A DNA stretch of 64,000 nucleotides from an uncultured Gemmatimonadales bacterium (GTDB lineage Bacteria; Gemmatimonadota; Gemmatimonadetes; Palauibacterales; Palauibacteraceae). Location of the stretch: positions 128,001-192,000 of the forward strand of contig CAWANJ010000007.1 of NCBI GenBank assembly GCA_963783385.1, given 5' to 3'. Every line of letters starts with the position of its first letter. Positions within the stretch are counted from its first letter, which is position 1. This document shows, in pieces, positions 38,643-48,265 of this stretch. The notes under the pieces were generated by a model. That model did not search any database, was not told the DNA's origin, and was given only the letters and a program-made list of their open reading frames with translations. The position numbers and the translations under genes were made by a program.

Positions 38643-39892
38643 GGCGGGCCCCAGCCCAGGAACCGCTGGATCCGGTCCCACTGCGCCTCGGCGTCCTCCT
38701 CGCCCAGCTCCATGAGCCGTGTCAGGTAGGCCTCCTCGAACAGGAGGTAGCTCACGAAGTCTGCCGTGCGGCCCTCCCGGCTGCCCAGCCCCCCCGCCAG
38801 GTACCGGATGATGCGCGGCAGCCGGTCCGCGTACTCCGAGGCCAGGCTGCCCAGGTCGCGGGACGGCCGCAGGAGCAGCAGCTCGATGCGCCGGAACGCT
38901 CCACCCGGGTCGCCCCCGTCGCCGCAGCGCTCCAGCAGGTGGTTCATCCGGTCCAGGCGGACCGAGTCGGCGTCCAGGGTGTCCAGGAAGATGGAGTTGA
39001 ACAGGAGGCCCACGACCTGGGCCGGAGGCGGATAGCCCTCAATGACGGGGTGCCGCGCCTCTTCCGTGTTGCGCGCGTAACGGGCCGACACCGCCAGGAT
39101 GCGGTCGGCCCCGAGGTGCACGGCCGGCGCCAGCGGCGCGGACTGGCGGATGCTGCCGTCACCGTAGAAGTGTCCGTCCAGGCGTTCGGCGGGGAACACC
39201 AGCGGCAGGGCCGAGGAGGCCATGACGTGCTGGACCGTGAGGCGGTCCCGGACCGCGCGGCGGTGGGGTCGCTCCCACATCGCCATGGACGGATCGCCGT
39301 GCACGAACGTGATGGTCTGCCCCGTCTGGTAGGAGGTGGCCGACACGGCGGCCGCCCGCAGGACGCCGTCCCGGATGTTCTCCTCGATCCCGCGCGGGTC
39401 GACGGCCCGGCGCAGGAAGCGCCGCAGGGGCTCGGTGTCCACCAGGCTGCGAGCCCGGGGCCCCAGGCGCGATCCGCCCGAGAGCAGGGTGTAACCCCAC
39501 ACGATCCCGGTCCGGAGCACGGTGAGCGGGTCGGAGCGGAACACCTGTTGGGTGGTGAGGCTGCGCCACTGGCCCTCGAGGTCGGCGGTCGCCTCCTCGA
39601 GGTTGCCCCGGAAGGCCGCCAGGTGCAGGGCGTTGATCGCGCCGGCCGACACCCCCGTGATGATGGGAACGTGCCGGTCGGGGTATCGCCGGCCAATGTA
39701 GCGCAGGACGCCGACCTGGTAGGCGGCGCGGGCGCCGCCCCCCGAGAGGGCGACGGCCAGCTGCGGCGCGGACGCCCCCGGCTCGTCGATCGGGTGAGGC
39801 TCCGCCCTCTCCGACTGCCGGGCCGCTACGCCCGGTCTCCCGGTCTCCCGGCGCGCGCCGGGGTGGAGGAAGGGAGGAGGCGTGCGTGCCAG
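38630..39892 (-). CDS. Patatin-like phospholipase
   Basis: LSGGGARAAY, GVSAG nucleophile elbow, MASSALP, DGS; no ATG/GTG close to the domain, so the start is uncertain. Confidence 0.85.
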   Translation of the reverse strand: MARTPPPFLHPGARRETGRPGVAARQSERAEPHPIDEPGASAPQLAVALSGGGARAAYQVGVLRYIGRRYPDRHVPIITGVSAGAINALHLAAFRGNLEEATADLEGQWRSLTTQQVFRSDPLTVLRTGIVWGYTLLSGGSRLGPRARSLVDTEPLRRFLRRAVDPRGIEENIRDGVLRAAAVSATSYQTGQTITFVHGDPSMAMWERPHRRAVRDRLTVQHVMASSALPLVFPAERLDGHFYGDGSIRQSAPLAPAVHLGADRILAVSARYARNTEEARHPVIEGYPPPAQVVGLLFNSIFLDTLDADSVRLDRMNHLLERCGDGGDPGGAFRRIELLLLRPSRDLGSLASEYADRLPRIIRYLAGGLGSREGRTADFVSYLLFEEAYLTRLMELGEEDAEAQWDRIQRFLGWGPPQST

Positions 39893-40368
39893 GACTCGGC
39901 GGCCGGTCGCTCCCAGCGGCCCTCGCGGACGTCGGCGAGTCGCCCGGCCGTGAGGTCGAACACGGTCGTCGCTCCGTCCACCCGCCCCTCCTCGGCCAGC
40001 GCCCGGAACTCCTGCCGGGACGCCTGCCGCACGACGCCCTGGCCCCGCGGCTCGAGGTACCACACGGGGGCCCCGTCCCGGAGGCGGACGCCGAGCTCCG
40101 CTTCAATGTGGCCGAGGCGGTGGGTGAGGGAGTCGATCGAGCAGCCCGACGTGCCCGCCGCGCGCTCGTCCACCGCCACCAGCAGGAATCGGCCGCGGCG
40201 CCAGTCGCACGCGGTGCGCAGGGGCTGCCCGTGGGCGGCCCACTCGCCTAGGAAGTCGCGTACGTGACCGAGGAGGCGCGCGGTCTCGTCGGCGGAGAGA
40301 GGACGGTCGGCCGCGAAGCACCACAGCCGTGCCGAGTCGGGAAGCTGGTCGATGGTCGTGAGGCTCAT
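39826..40368 (-). CDS. Conserved-looking hypothetical protein
   Basis: LPDSARLW, WAAHG, SGCSIDS motifs; ATG 40368. Confidence 0.75.
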   Translation of the reverse strand: MSLTTIDQLPDSARLWCFAADRPLSADETARLLGHVRDFLGEWAAHGQPLRTACDWRRGRFLLVAVDERAAGTSGCSIDSLTHRLGHIEAELGVRLRDGAPVWYLEPRGQGVVRQASRQEFRALAEEGRVDGATTVFDLTAGRLADVREGRWERPAAESWHARLLPSSTPARAGRPGDRA

Positions 40369-40489
40369 GGTCGCTCGGGGTCGGGAGTCATCCGCAGCGA
40401 GAAGATAGAGGGTCCGGGAAGTACCTTCCAGCGCGAGCCCGGACGGCGCCACGGCCGTCCGGGCTCGCGTCGGGGGAGCGGGAAGGGGC

Positions 40490-41698
40490 TTACTCGTGCC
40501 GCAGGGCCACGATGGGCTCGAGCCTGGCCGCCCGCCGCGCCGGCCACAACCCGAAGAACAGGCCAATGGTGAGCGAGAAGACGACGGCCAGCCCGATGGC
40601 CCCGGCCGACACGTCGACGTTCCATCCGGCTGCCGAGGACAGGATGGCGGCGCCGCCGCCCCCGAGCGCGATCCCGAGGATCCCGCCGGCCAGGCAGAGG
40701 ACCAGCGCCTCGAGCAGGAACTGCGTGAGCACGGCCTTGCGCGTGGCGCCCAGCGCCTTGCGCAGCCCGATCTCGCGGGTCCGCTCGGTGACCGAGACCA
40801 GCATGATGTTCATGATCCCGATGCCGCCCACCAGCAAGCTGACCAGCGCGATGCCGGCCAGCAGGTAGGTGAACGCCTGCGTGGTCTCCTGCCGCGTGCC
40901 CAGGAGCTGGGCCCGGTCGGAGATCCAGAAGTCGTTGTCCTGTCCCGGCCGCAGCTTGTGGGCTCGCCGGAGGATCTCCTCCAGGTCCATCATGGCCACC
41001 GGCTGGGACATGGTCTCCGGGGCCTCGACGTCGATGCTGCGGATCCGGTCGCTGCCCATCACCCGGAAGCGCGCCGTGGTGATCGGGATGTAGATCTGCT
41101 CGTCCTCGTTGAAGAAGCCCGTGCTGCCTTTCTCCTGGAGGACGCCGATCACGTCGAAGGGGACGTTGCCGATGGAGACCTGCTGCCCCAGGAGCTGGGA
41201 GGCCGAGCTGTTGAGGACCTCCGGCACCGCCCCGCCGAGCACCACCACACGTCGACGCCCCTCGTTCTCCTTGTCGCTGAAGAAGCGGCCCAGGCCCACG
41301 TCGTAGTGGTTGATGATCGGGTAGTCAGGGGTCGTGCCCACGACGCGCATGTTGGCGTTCGTGTGCTGATACTGCACCTGGGAGCTGTTCTCCATCTGCG
41401 GGGCCACCTTGAGCCCCTCCGGCCCCTCGCGCTGCAGCAGGGTCGCGTCGTCCATGGTGAGGCGCGCATCGCCCGAGCGCACGCCGTGGAACCAACCCTG
41501 CCCGGGACGGACGGTGAGGACGTTGGTGCCGAGGCTGGCAATCTGGGCCTCGACCGCCTTCTGTGCGCCCTGGCCCAGGGCGACCATGGTGATGACCGCC
41601 GCGATGCCGATGATGATGCCCAGCATCGTCAGGAAGGATCGGAGCTTGTTGCTCCGGATGGCATCCAGGGCCACCCGGACGATCTCCCAGATCAACAT
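40490..41698 (-). CDS. MacB/FtsX-type ABC permease (no fused ATPase)
   Basis: NKLRSFLTMLGIIIG, VGGIGIMNIMLVSVTERTREIG, PARRAARL. Confidence 0.93.
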   Translation of the reverse strand: MLIWEIVRVALDAIRSNKLRSFLTMLGIIIGIAAVITMVALGQGAQKAVEAQIASLGTNVLTVRPGQGWFHGVRSGDARLTMDDATLLQREGPEGLKVAPQMENSSQVQYQHTNANMRVVGTTPDYPIINHYDVGLGRFFSDKENEGRRRVVVLGGAVPEVLNSSASQLLGQQVSIGNVPFDVIGVLQEKGSTGFFNEDEQIYIPITTARFRVMGSDRIRSIDVEAPETMSQPVAMMDLEEILRRAHKLRPGQDNDFWISDRAQLLGTRQETTQAFTYLLAGIALVSLLVGGIGIMNIMLVSVTERTREIGLRKALGATRKAVLTQFLLEALVLCLAGGILGIALGGGGAAILSSAAGWNVDVSAGAIGLAVVFSLTIGLFFGLWPARRAARLEPIVALRHE

Positions 41699-41708
41699 GT
41701 CGTCACTA

Positions 41709-43163
41709 CTAGTTGTTGTTGCGGCTCACGCCGGGAACGGCGGCCCGCTGCCGGAACCGCTGCAGGAGCTGCTGCTGCTGGACCAGCGACAGCGGCACCT
41801 CCAGGACCTTGTCGCCCTGCTCGAGGCCCGCCAGCACCTCGGTGTAGTCCAGGCTGCTCAGCCCGATGCGCACCGGCTTGAGCGTGACCCGGCCCTGCGC
41901 GTTCTCGACGAACACGAACCCGTCCTTGGGGGCGGCCGGGTTGGACCGGGCCTGCTGCTGCTTCTCGCGCTCTGCCCGGACGCGCTCCATGAGCTTGCGG
42001 CGCTGGTCGGCCGTCAGCGACTGGAACAGCTTGCGCCGCTCGTCCTGAGACATGCCGCGGAGCTTCTCGGGGGAGGGCAGGCCGTCGTCGGTCCGGGCCT
42101 GCTGCCCACCGGAGGCCTGCTGGCCACCGGTCGCCGGCGCACGGCCCGGATCGGCCGCCGTCGGTGCCGTCGCCCCGGAGCCCTGCGACGACACGCTGGC
42201 CTGCAGCAGCGACGGGTCCATGCCGAGGGCGTCCACGAGCTTCCGGGCCTCCTCCGTCGTCTTGATTCCGGCGTTGGGCAAGGCGAGCACGCTGTCGCGC
42301 TGGCCGATCACGATCGTGACGTCGGCGTTCATGCCCGGCAGCAGCGCCCGGTCCTCGTTGTTGATCCGGGTGAGGACGGCGAACTGCGTGACGTTCTGCT
42401 GCACGACCGCCTGGGGCTCGATCTTGAGGACCGTCCCGCTGAAGCTCCGGTTCGGATAGGCGTCCACCGTGATGTTGGCGGCCAGCCCCGGCTGCACCTT
42501 CCCGATGTCGATCTCGTCCACCAGGGTGCGGACCTGCACGGTGGTCAAGTCGGCCATCTGCAGGATCGTCGTTCCACCCGACACCTGGTTCGTGGAGGTG
42601 ATGATCGTCCCGGGCTCGACGTCCTTGGCGATGATCGTGCCCGAGATCGGCGCCACGACCGTCGCGTCCTTGACCTCTTTCCTGGCCAGCTCGAGGTTCG
42701 TCTCCGCCTTCACGAGATCGGACTTGGCGGTGGCGTCGTTGAGGATCGCCGTCTGCAGCTCGTCCTTCGTGATCGCGCCGGAGTCGGCCAGGACCTGGGA
42801 GCGCGCCAGGCGGTCGGCGTTGATCTTCGCCTGCGCCTGGGCCACCGCGAGGTTGGCGTTGGCCTGGTCGTAGGTGTTCTGGACGTTCCGCGGGTCGACC
42901 CTGGCCAGGAGCTGGCCCTTCTGGACGTGATCGGCGATGTCCACGGGCATCTGGAGGATCTCGCCCGATGCCTGCGACTTGATGTCGATCGTCTGAATCG
43001 GCTCGATGCTGCCGGTCGCCTCGACGCTCGACACGATGTCGCGCCGCTCCACCGTGGCGGTCTGGAAGTCCGTCGCCGCTTCGCTGGCCTTGCTCTTCCC
43101 GCAGGCGGTCACCGCCAGTGCTGCCAGGGCCAGGAGGGCGGTTCCGCTGATCGGCTTCTTCAT
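41709..43163 (-). CDS. MacA-like periplasmic adaptor (lipoprotein)
   Basis: AVTAC lipobox, VAPISGT, VDEIDIG, LLPGMNA. Confidence 0.9.
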   Translation of the reverse strand: MKKPISGTALLALAALAVTACGKSKASEAATDFQTATVERRDIVSSVEATGSIEPIQTIDIKSQASGEILQMPVDIADHVQKGQLLARVDPRNVQNTYDQANANLAVAQAQAKINADRLARSQVLADSGAITKDELQTAILNDATAKSDLVKAETNLELARKEVKDATVVAPISGTIIAKDVEPGTIITSTNQVSGGTTILQMADLTTVQVRTLVDEIDIGKVQPGLAANITVDAYPNRSFSGTVLKIEPQAVVQQNVTQFAVLTRINNEDRALLPGMNADVTIVIGQRDSVLALPNAGIKTTEEARKLVDALGMDPSLLQASVSSQGSGATAPTAADPGRAPATGGQQASGGQQARTDDGLPSPEKLRGMSQDERRKLFQSLTADQRRKLMERVRAEREKQQQARSNPAAPKDGFVFVENAQGRVTLKPVRIGLSSLDYTEVLAGLEQGDKVLEVPLSLVQQQQLLQRFRQRAAVPGVSRNNN

Positions 43164-43236
43164 ACAGGTCTCCCGGGAGGTCCCGGCGTCGTAGTCTCTG
43201 GGTGGCGCCCGGCGGGGCCGGGACGCGCGCCGACGG

Positions 43237-44658
43237 CTACTTGCCGTCCTCCTCCATAACACGGGAGCCGTTGGAAGCGTTGCTGCCTGTGTCCCCGGCC
43301 GCCTTCGGGAGGGGTTCGCCGAGCAGGGCCTCGAGCTGCGCCAGCCCGATCTGGTAGTCGAACTTGCGCTGCACGAGGTTCACCTGGGCCTGCTGCAGGT
43401 TGATCTGCGCCTGCTGGAGGTCCAGGATCGTGGCCAGCCCGAGCCGATAGCGCTCCTGCGTGACCCGGAGGTTCTCCTGGCTGAGCTCCACGCTCTTCTG
43501 GGCCAGGTCTCCGCCCGAGACGGCCGTCAGCACCTGGTTGTAGGCGTTGTCGATGTTGGTCCGCAGGGCGAGCTCCGCGGAGCGCTCCTGGGCCTGGGCG
43601 GCGTCGGCCTGGGCCTGGGCCTGGAAGAGCTGCGACTCGCGCTGGAAGCCGTTGAACAGCGGAATGCTGCCCGTGAGCCGGATCGACCAGCTCCGGTTCT
43701 CGGGCGGGAAGTCCCTGTTCTGCCAGGCCCAGCCTCCGGCGAAGGTCAGATTGGGCAGGTAGGCGGACTTGGCCGAGGACACCTGGGCCTGGGCGGATTG
43801 GTAGGACGCCCGGGCGCTCTGGACGCTGGGCGCCTGCGACTGCGCAATGGACTGGAGCTGCTGGCGGTCGTACGTGAGCGTGTGGATCTCCAGGGTCGCC
43901 TCGGCCACCGGGGCCACGCGCTGGTCGACTCCCAGCGCCTGGGCGAGCTGGAAGGTGCTGGCACGGGCCGAGTTCTGGGCGTTGAGCAGCGCCAGCTTGG
44001 CGTTGTTCAGGTCCACCTCGGAGCTCAACAGGTCCGAGCGCGTGGAGCGCCCCAGCTGGAGCTGCTGTCGCACGAAGTCCAGCTGGTCCTGCTGCCGCTT
44101 CACGGTGGCGGACTGCACGGCCACCAGGTCCCGGGTGGCGACGGCGTTGAAGTAGGCCGTCTTCACGTCGAGCAGCGTCTGGTAGCGGCTCTGACGGTAG
44201 CTGGCCTGCTGCGCCTCCACGTTCAGGTTGGCGCTCTTCATCTGGCTGAAGCGCCGCAGCCCCGTGAACAGGTCGTAGCTGCCGCTGAGCTGGAAGCTGT
44301 AGCTGGTCCGGGTGAGCGACTGCTGGGTGACGTCCAGCCGGGCGGAGCTCGAGTTGGAGTAGCCGTATCCGGCCGAGAAGGACGGCAGGAAGTTCCCGTA
44401 CGCCGTCAGCCGGCTGTAGCGCGCCTGGTCCAGGCTGGACCGTGATTGCGTGAGCGCCGGGTTGTTCTGCATGGCGATCGTGACCGCCTGGTCGAGCGTC
44501 ACCCGCCGTGCCGGCGGACCCGACTCCTGCATCATGGCCGTGTCCGTCCGGGCCGCGGCGTCCGCGGTCGTCTGCTGCGCCTGGAGGCCGGTGGCGGCCA
44601 CGAGGAGGGCCAGGAGCACCGCGCAGCCCCGTGTCGCGGACATCGTGTATCTCGTCAT
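43237..44658 (-). CDS. TolC-family outer-membrane protein
   Basis: Signal peptide, AMQNNP, VKTAYF, IPLFNG, ERYRLG. Confidence 0.9.
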   Translation of the reverse strand: MTRYTMSATRGCAVLLALLVAATGLQAQQTTADAAARTDTAMMQESGPPARRVTLDQAVTIAMQNNPALTQSRSSLDQARYSRLTAYGNFLPSFSAGYGYSNSSSARLDVTQQSLTRTSYSFQLSGSYDLFTGLRRFSQMKSANLNVEAQQASYRQSRYQTLLDVKTAYFNAVATRDLVAVQSATVKRQQDQLDFVRQQLQLGRSTRSDLLSSEVDLNNAKLALLNAQNSARASTFQLAQALGVDQRVAPVAEATLEIHTLTYDRQQLQSIAQSQAPSVQSARASYQSAQAQVSSAKSAYLPNLTFAGGWAWQNRDFPPENRSWSIRLTGSIPLFNGFQRESQLFQAQAQADAAQAQERSAELALRTNIDNAYNQVLTAVSGGDLAQKSVELSQENLRVTQERYRLGLATILDLQQAQINLQQAQVNLVQRKFDYQIGLAQLEALLGEPLPKAAGDTGSNASNGSRVMEEDGK

Positions 44659-44678
44659 GGAAGCTCCTTCACGCTGTC

Positions 44679-45164
44679 TCATTTCCGGCTCGATCCGCCG
44701 GGAGTGGTCGAGTCGCGTCGGCCGGCGGAGTCCCGCTCCGACCGACGCGTGGAGTCGTCGTCGTGCCGCTGGTACCGCTGCCGGAGCAGCGTACGGTACT
44801 GCTGGACCTGCTCGGGCGTCAGCACGCCCTCGATGCGGGTCCGGGTCGAGTCCACAATGGCGCTGTATCGTGGCCTCACGTCCTGCCACACCGACCGCAT
44901 GTGCGTCCGGTAGTGATCGAGGATCGTCTCGATCTCGGTGCGCTGCTGCGCCGTCAGTTCGAGCTCGCTGGCGAAGCGTTCGATCACGGGGGTGTGGCCC
45001 CGTTCGCCGCGCCCGGCGCTGTCCGTCCTGGCGGCGCGCCATGCGTCCACGTGGCGAGCGGGCGTTGCCAGGACGCGCCGGTCGAGCGCGACCCCACCGG
45101 CCAGGCCGGCGGCGAAGGTCACGCCCAGCACCAGGCCGACCCGGAGACGCGATCCGGCGAGCAT
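44679..45164 (-). CDS. Membrane-anchored Spy/CpxP-like helical protein
   Basis: TM helix followed by two LTxxQ motifs (LTAQQ, LTPEQ). Confidence 0.7.
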   Translation of the reverse strand: MLAGSRLRVGLVLGVTFAAGLAGGVALDRRVLATPARHVDAWRAARTDSAGRGERGHTPVIERFASELELTAQQRTEIETILDHYRTHMRSVWQDVRPRYSAIVDSTRTRIEGVLTPEQVQQYRTLLRQRYQRHDDDSTRRSERDSAGRRDSTTPGGSSRK

Positions 45165-45166
45165 GG

Positions 45167-45559
45167 TCAGCGCTCCTCCCGGCGCAGCGTGGCGGCCAGG
45201 AGGGCGTCCGAGCTGGGCTCGGTCTGGTCGATGAGCAGGGCGGGCGGCGATGTCGCCGAGGTCGGCTGCACCAGGGCCTCGATGTCCATGCGCTCCGACT
45301 CGGGCGCCGAAGTCCCCGACGGGTTCGACTCGTACGCGATCCATCCGAACAGGAGGGCGATGGAGGCCGCGATCGGGATGGCGACCGAGGACCAGTCGGC
45401 CGCGAGCTCCCACCAGGCGGCCGGGTGCCGCGCCGCCAGCAGCGGCGCCGCCGCCGCCAGGATGCCCCGCTTCATCCGGGCCCGGCCCATCGGGTCCGGC
45501 CTCAGGGGCTCCAGCCACGCGGGCCAGCCGTCGTTCCTGTCTTCCCGTTGTGCGCTCAT
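45167..45559 (-). CDS. Probable single-pass anti-sigma factor
   Basis: ATGA overlap with the ECF gene; one TM helix. Confidence 0.55.
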   Translation of the reverse strand: MSAQREDRNDGWPAWLEPLRPDPMGRARMKRGILAAAAPLLAARHPAAWWELAADWSSVAIPIAASIALLFGWIAYESNPSGTSAPESERMDIEALVQPTSATSPPALLIDQTEPSSDALLAATLRREER

Positions 45560-46197
45560 CGGCTCTCGTCCTCTTCAGGCCCCAGCAGCTGCCGGAGCGC
45601 CTTGCGCCCGTGGTGCACGTGGGCTCGCGACGTGCCCGGCGCGATCCCGAGAATGTCCGCGATCTCCTGGTGGCTGTAGCCCTCCAGGTCGTAGAGGGTC
45701 ACCGCGGTCCGCTGCATCTCGGGGAGCTGCTCCAACGCCCGGAGCACGGTCTCCCGGTCGATCCTCCCGAGCGTCTCCGCCTCGGGGTCGCTGTTCGTCG
45801 CGGCCCCGATCGGTATCGATTCGTGACTCCGAAGCTTCTCGTGTCTCCGGAAGTTGAGGGCCGTGCTGCGGAGCACCCTGTAGAACCACGGCCCGAAAGG
45901 GCTGCCCGGGGACAGCTGGTCGATCCGCTCCAGCGAGCGTATGAATGCATCCTGCACCGCGTCTTCCGCGTCGTGCGGATTGCCGAGAATGCCGAGCGCG
46001 ACGGCGTGCGCCCGGTCCAGATAGCGCTCGACGAGGCGCCCGAAGGCCACTTCGTCGCCTCGCTGGACCGCCCGTACCAGCTCCGGCTCGCCCGCCGTCC
46101 CGGTGCCCGCCGGCTCCCCGGATCTTCCGTCCGCGGCGCCGGAGACGTCACGCGCGGGCCGGTCGGGTTCCCGGACCGACTCCCCCGCATCGTTCAT
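45556..46197 (-). CDS. ECF sigma factor
   Basis: DAEDAVQDAF, FGPWFYR, EGYSHQEIA..LGIAPGT; start uncertain. Confidence 0.92.
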   Translation of the reverse strand: MNDAGESVREPDRPARDVSGAADGRSGEPAGTGTAGEPELVRAVQRGDEVAFGRLVERYLDRAHAVALGILGNPHDAEDAVQDAFIRSLERIDQLSPGSPFGPWFYRVLRSTALNFRRHEKLRSHESIPIGAATNSDPEAETLGRIDRETVLRALEQLPEMQRTAVTLYDLEGYSHQEIADILGIAPGTSRAHVHHGRKALRQLLGPEEDESR

Positions 46198-46506
46198 CCT
46201 CGCCGCGCTATCAAGAACACCCCGACGTGCTCCCGTGTTGAGGTCGTCGCCCGTGCGACGGCGTCCCACCCCGGAGCGGGACGACCCATCGATGCCCCCG
46301 GCCGGAAGCACCCGATCCGGGGGGTACCGGGCATCTCGTGAGTCCCACTACGGATCCCGGGGTCCGTGAAGTTTCCGGTGTGCGGCCTCGCGCGTCCAGC
46401 GCCGGGCCCGGAGTCGGGCTTGAGCGTCGGGGCCGGGCAGCCCATCCTGCCTGTCCACGGACCCCTGAACCGAGGCGACGCGACGGTGGCGGACACGCAT
46501 TGCGAG

Positions 46507-47397
46507 ATGACTCGAGGGCCCGCCGGTGGGTCGGTCGCCGGCCTGCCGCCGCTCGGCGCCCACGTATCCGTGGCGGGGGGACTGGCCCGCGCCGTGGAGC
46601 GCGGCACCGAGATCGGGGCGACCGCCCTGCAGGTGTTCACTGGCCAGCCCCAGCGCTGGGCGGAGCTCGACCTGGGCGAGGACGACGTGCGCCGCTACCG
46701 CGACGCGCTCGCCGGCTCCCCGATCGGAATCGTGGCCTCGCACGACAGCTACCTGATCAACCTGGCGACGGAGCGTGCGGCTCTCCTGGAGAAGTCCCGG
46801 GCGGCGTTCGAGGCGGAGCTGGAACGTTGCCAGCGCCTGGGCGTCGACTACCTGGTCACCCATCCGGGCAATGCGACGGGGGGCGACCGCGAGGCCGCCC
46901 TCCGCCAGAACGCCGCCGCCATCGGGGCGGCGCTCCTGGCGCATCCGGGACCCACGATGGTGCTGATCGAGACCACGGCGGGTTCCGGCACGGCGCTCGG
47001 CTGGCGTTTCGAGGAGCTCGCGGCCCTGATCGAGGCGGTGCCGGAGGAGGCCCGCGACCGGGTGGGCGTGTGCATGGACACGGCGCACGTGTTCGCGGCG
47101 GGCTACGACCTCCGCACCGAATACGAGGAGGTGATGGACGCGTTCGATCGGACCGTGGGGCTCGAGCGATTGCGCCTGTTCCACGTCAACGACTCCCGCG
47201 TCGGGCTCGGGAGCCGCGTCGACCGCCACGCCCATCTGGGGGAAGGAGAGCTCGGCGAGGCTGGCTTCGTCGGCCTGATGCGCGACCCGCGCTTCGTCGA
47301 CGTGCCGCGCATCCTCGAGACGCCCAAGGATGACGACGCCACGGCGGCCGATCGGCGCAACCTGGACGTCCTCCGCCGACTCGCCCGGGGAGCGTAG
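46507..47397 (+). CDS. nfo: Endonuclease IV
   Basis: LGAHVSVAGG, HDSYLINLA, HPG, IETTAG, DTAH, HVNDS, DRHAHLG, ILETP. Confidence 0.95.
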   Translation: MTRGPAGGSVAGLPPLGAHVSVAGGLARAVERGTEIGATALQVFTGQPQRWAELDLGEDDVRRYRDALAGSPIGIVASHDSYLINLATERAALLEKSRAAFEAELERCQRLGVDYLVTHPGNATGGDREAALRQNAAAIGAALLAHPGPTMVLIETTAGSGTALGWRFEELAALIEAVPEEARDRVGVCMDTAHVFAAGYDLRTEYEEVMDAFDRTVGLERLRLFHVNDSRVGLGSRVDRHAHLGEGELGEAGFVGLMRDPRFVDVPRILETPKDDDATAADRRNLDVLRRLARGA

Positions 47398-47537
47398 CGC
47401 GCCGGGCCGCTCCCGGCCTTGTACGCCGAGCGGGGCGGTCGCATCTTCCCGGAGCCGGCGACGCGCCGGCCCCCGGAGCGGCGGCGGAGCTCGGCCGCAG
47501 GCTCCCCAGCCTCTCCCCCCGAACCCGGCGAGCCACC

Positions 47538-48098
47538 GTGAGTGAGGAAGCTCCTCCCACCCGAAGCGACGCGGGCTACGTCCTTCCCAGCGGTGACCTG
47601 GGCGTGGCGGCGCGTACCCTCATCGAGGAGCGCCTGCGAGGCGTTCGGCGGTCCGTGGACAGGGATCTGGCCCCGGTCGACGTGGTCCTCAGGCCCACGC
47701 GCTCCGAGTCGCGCACCCACCTGTTCGAGGAGGCGTGCGAGCTGTACTGGACTGAGCTGGGCTGGGAGGAGGAGACGGGCGAGGAGGCCGTGGGGTCGGG
47801 AGGGGCCGAGCTCACGGAGATGGTCTTCCCGGGACTCCTGGCCTTCATGGACGCCCTCCTGCCCCGCAACACGAACGGGGAGCCCGACCGGGACCGTGAG
47901 CACCGCGACGTGGCCCACGACTTCCTCCTGTGGCTCGCCGGGCGGCTGGTGGAGCTGCGCTCGGCCCGTCCCGAGGCGCTCGAGGAGCGTGCCCGCATGC
48001 GCCGCCAGGAGGCGACCACGGACGAGCTCATCGACCTCGTCGCCTACCGCCTCTACGGCCTCACCTCGGAGGAAGTCGAGCGCATCCAGGAGCGCTGA
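47538..48098 (+). CDS. Hypothetical acidic helical protein
   Basis: 186-aa ORF with typical codon usage; no known motif. Confidence 0.7.
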   Translation: MSEEAPPTRSDAGYVLPSGDLGVAARTLIEERLRGVRRSVDRDLAPVDVVLRPTRSESRTHLFEEACELYWTELGWEEETGEEAVGSGGAELTEMVFPGLLAFMDALLPRNTNGEPDRDREHRDVAHDFLLWLAGRLVELRSARPEALEERARMRRQEATTDELIDLVAYRLYGLTSEEVERIQER

Positions 48099-48265
48099 CC
48101 GCCCGCCCTCCTTTCGTGCTGGACACCATTTTGCGGGATCCGTAGTTTCGGCCGCGCCGCGGCCGGCCGGGTTCCCGGCCGCGCGTGCATCGACCCGTGC
48201 CCGGACCCGCCGGGACCGGGGTGAGGGAGCCCGCTCCGCCGTGCGAGACCAGGAAGGATTGGACC

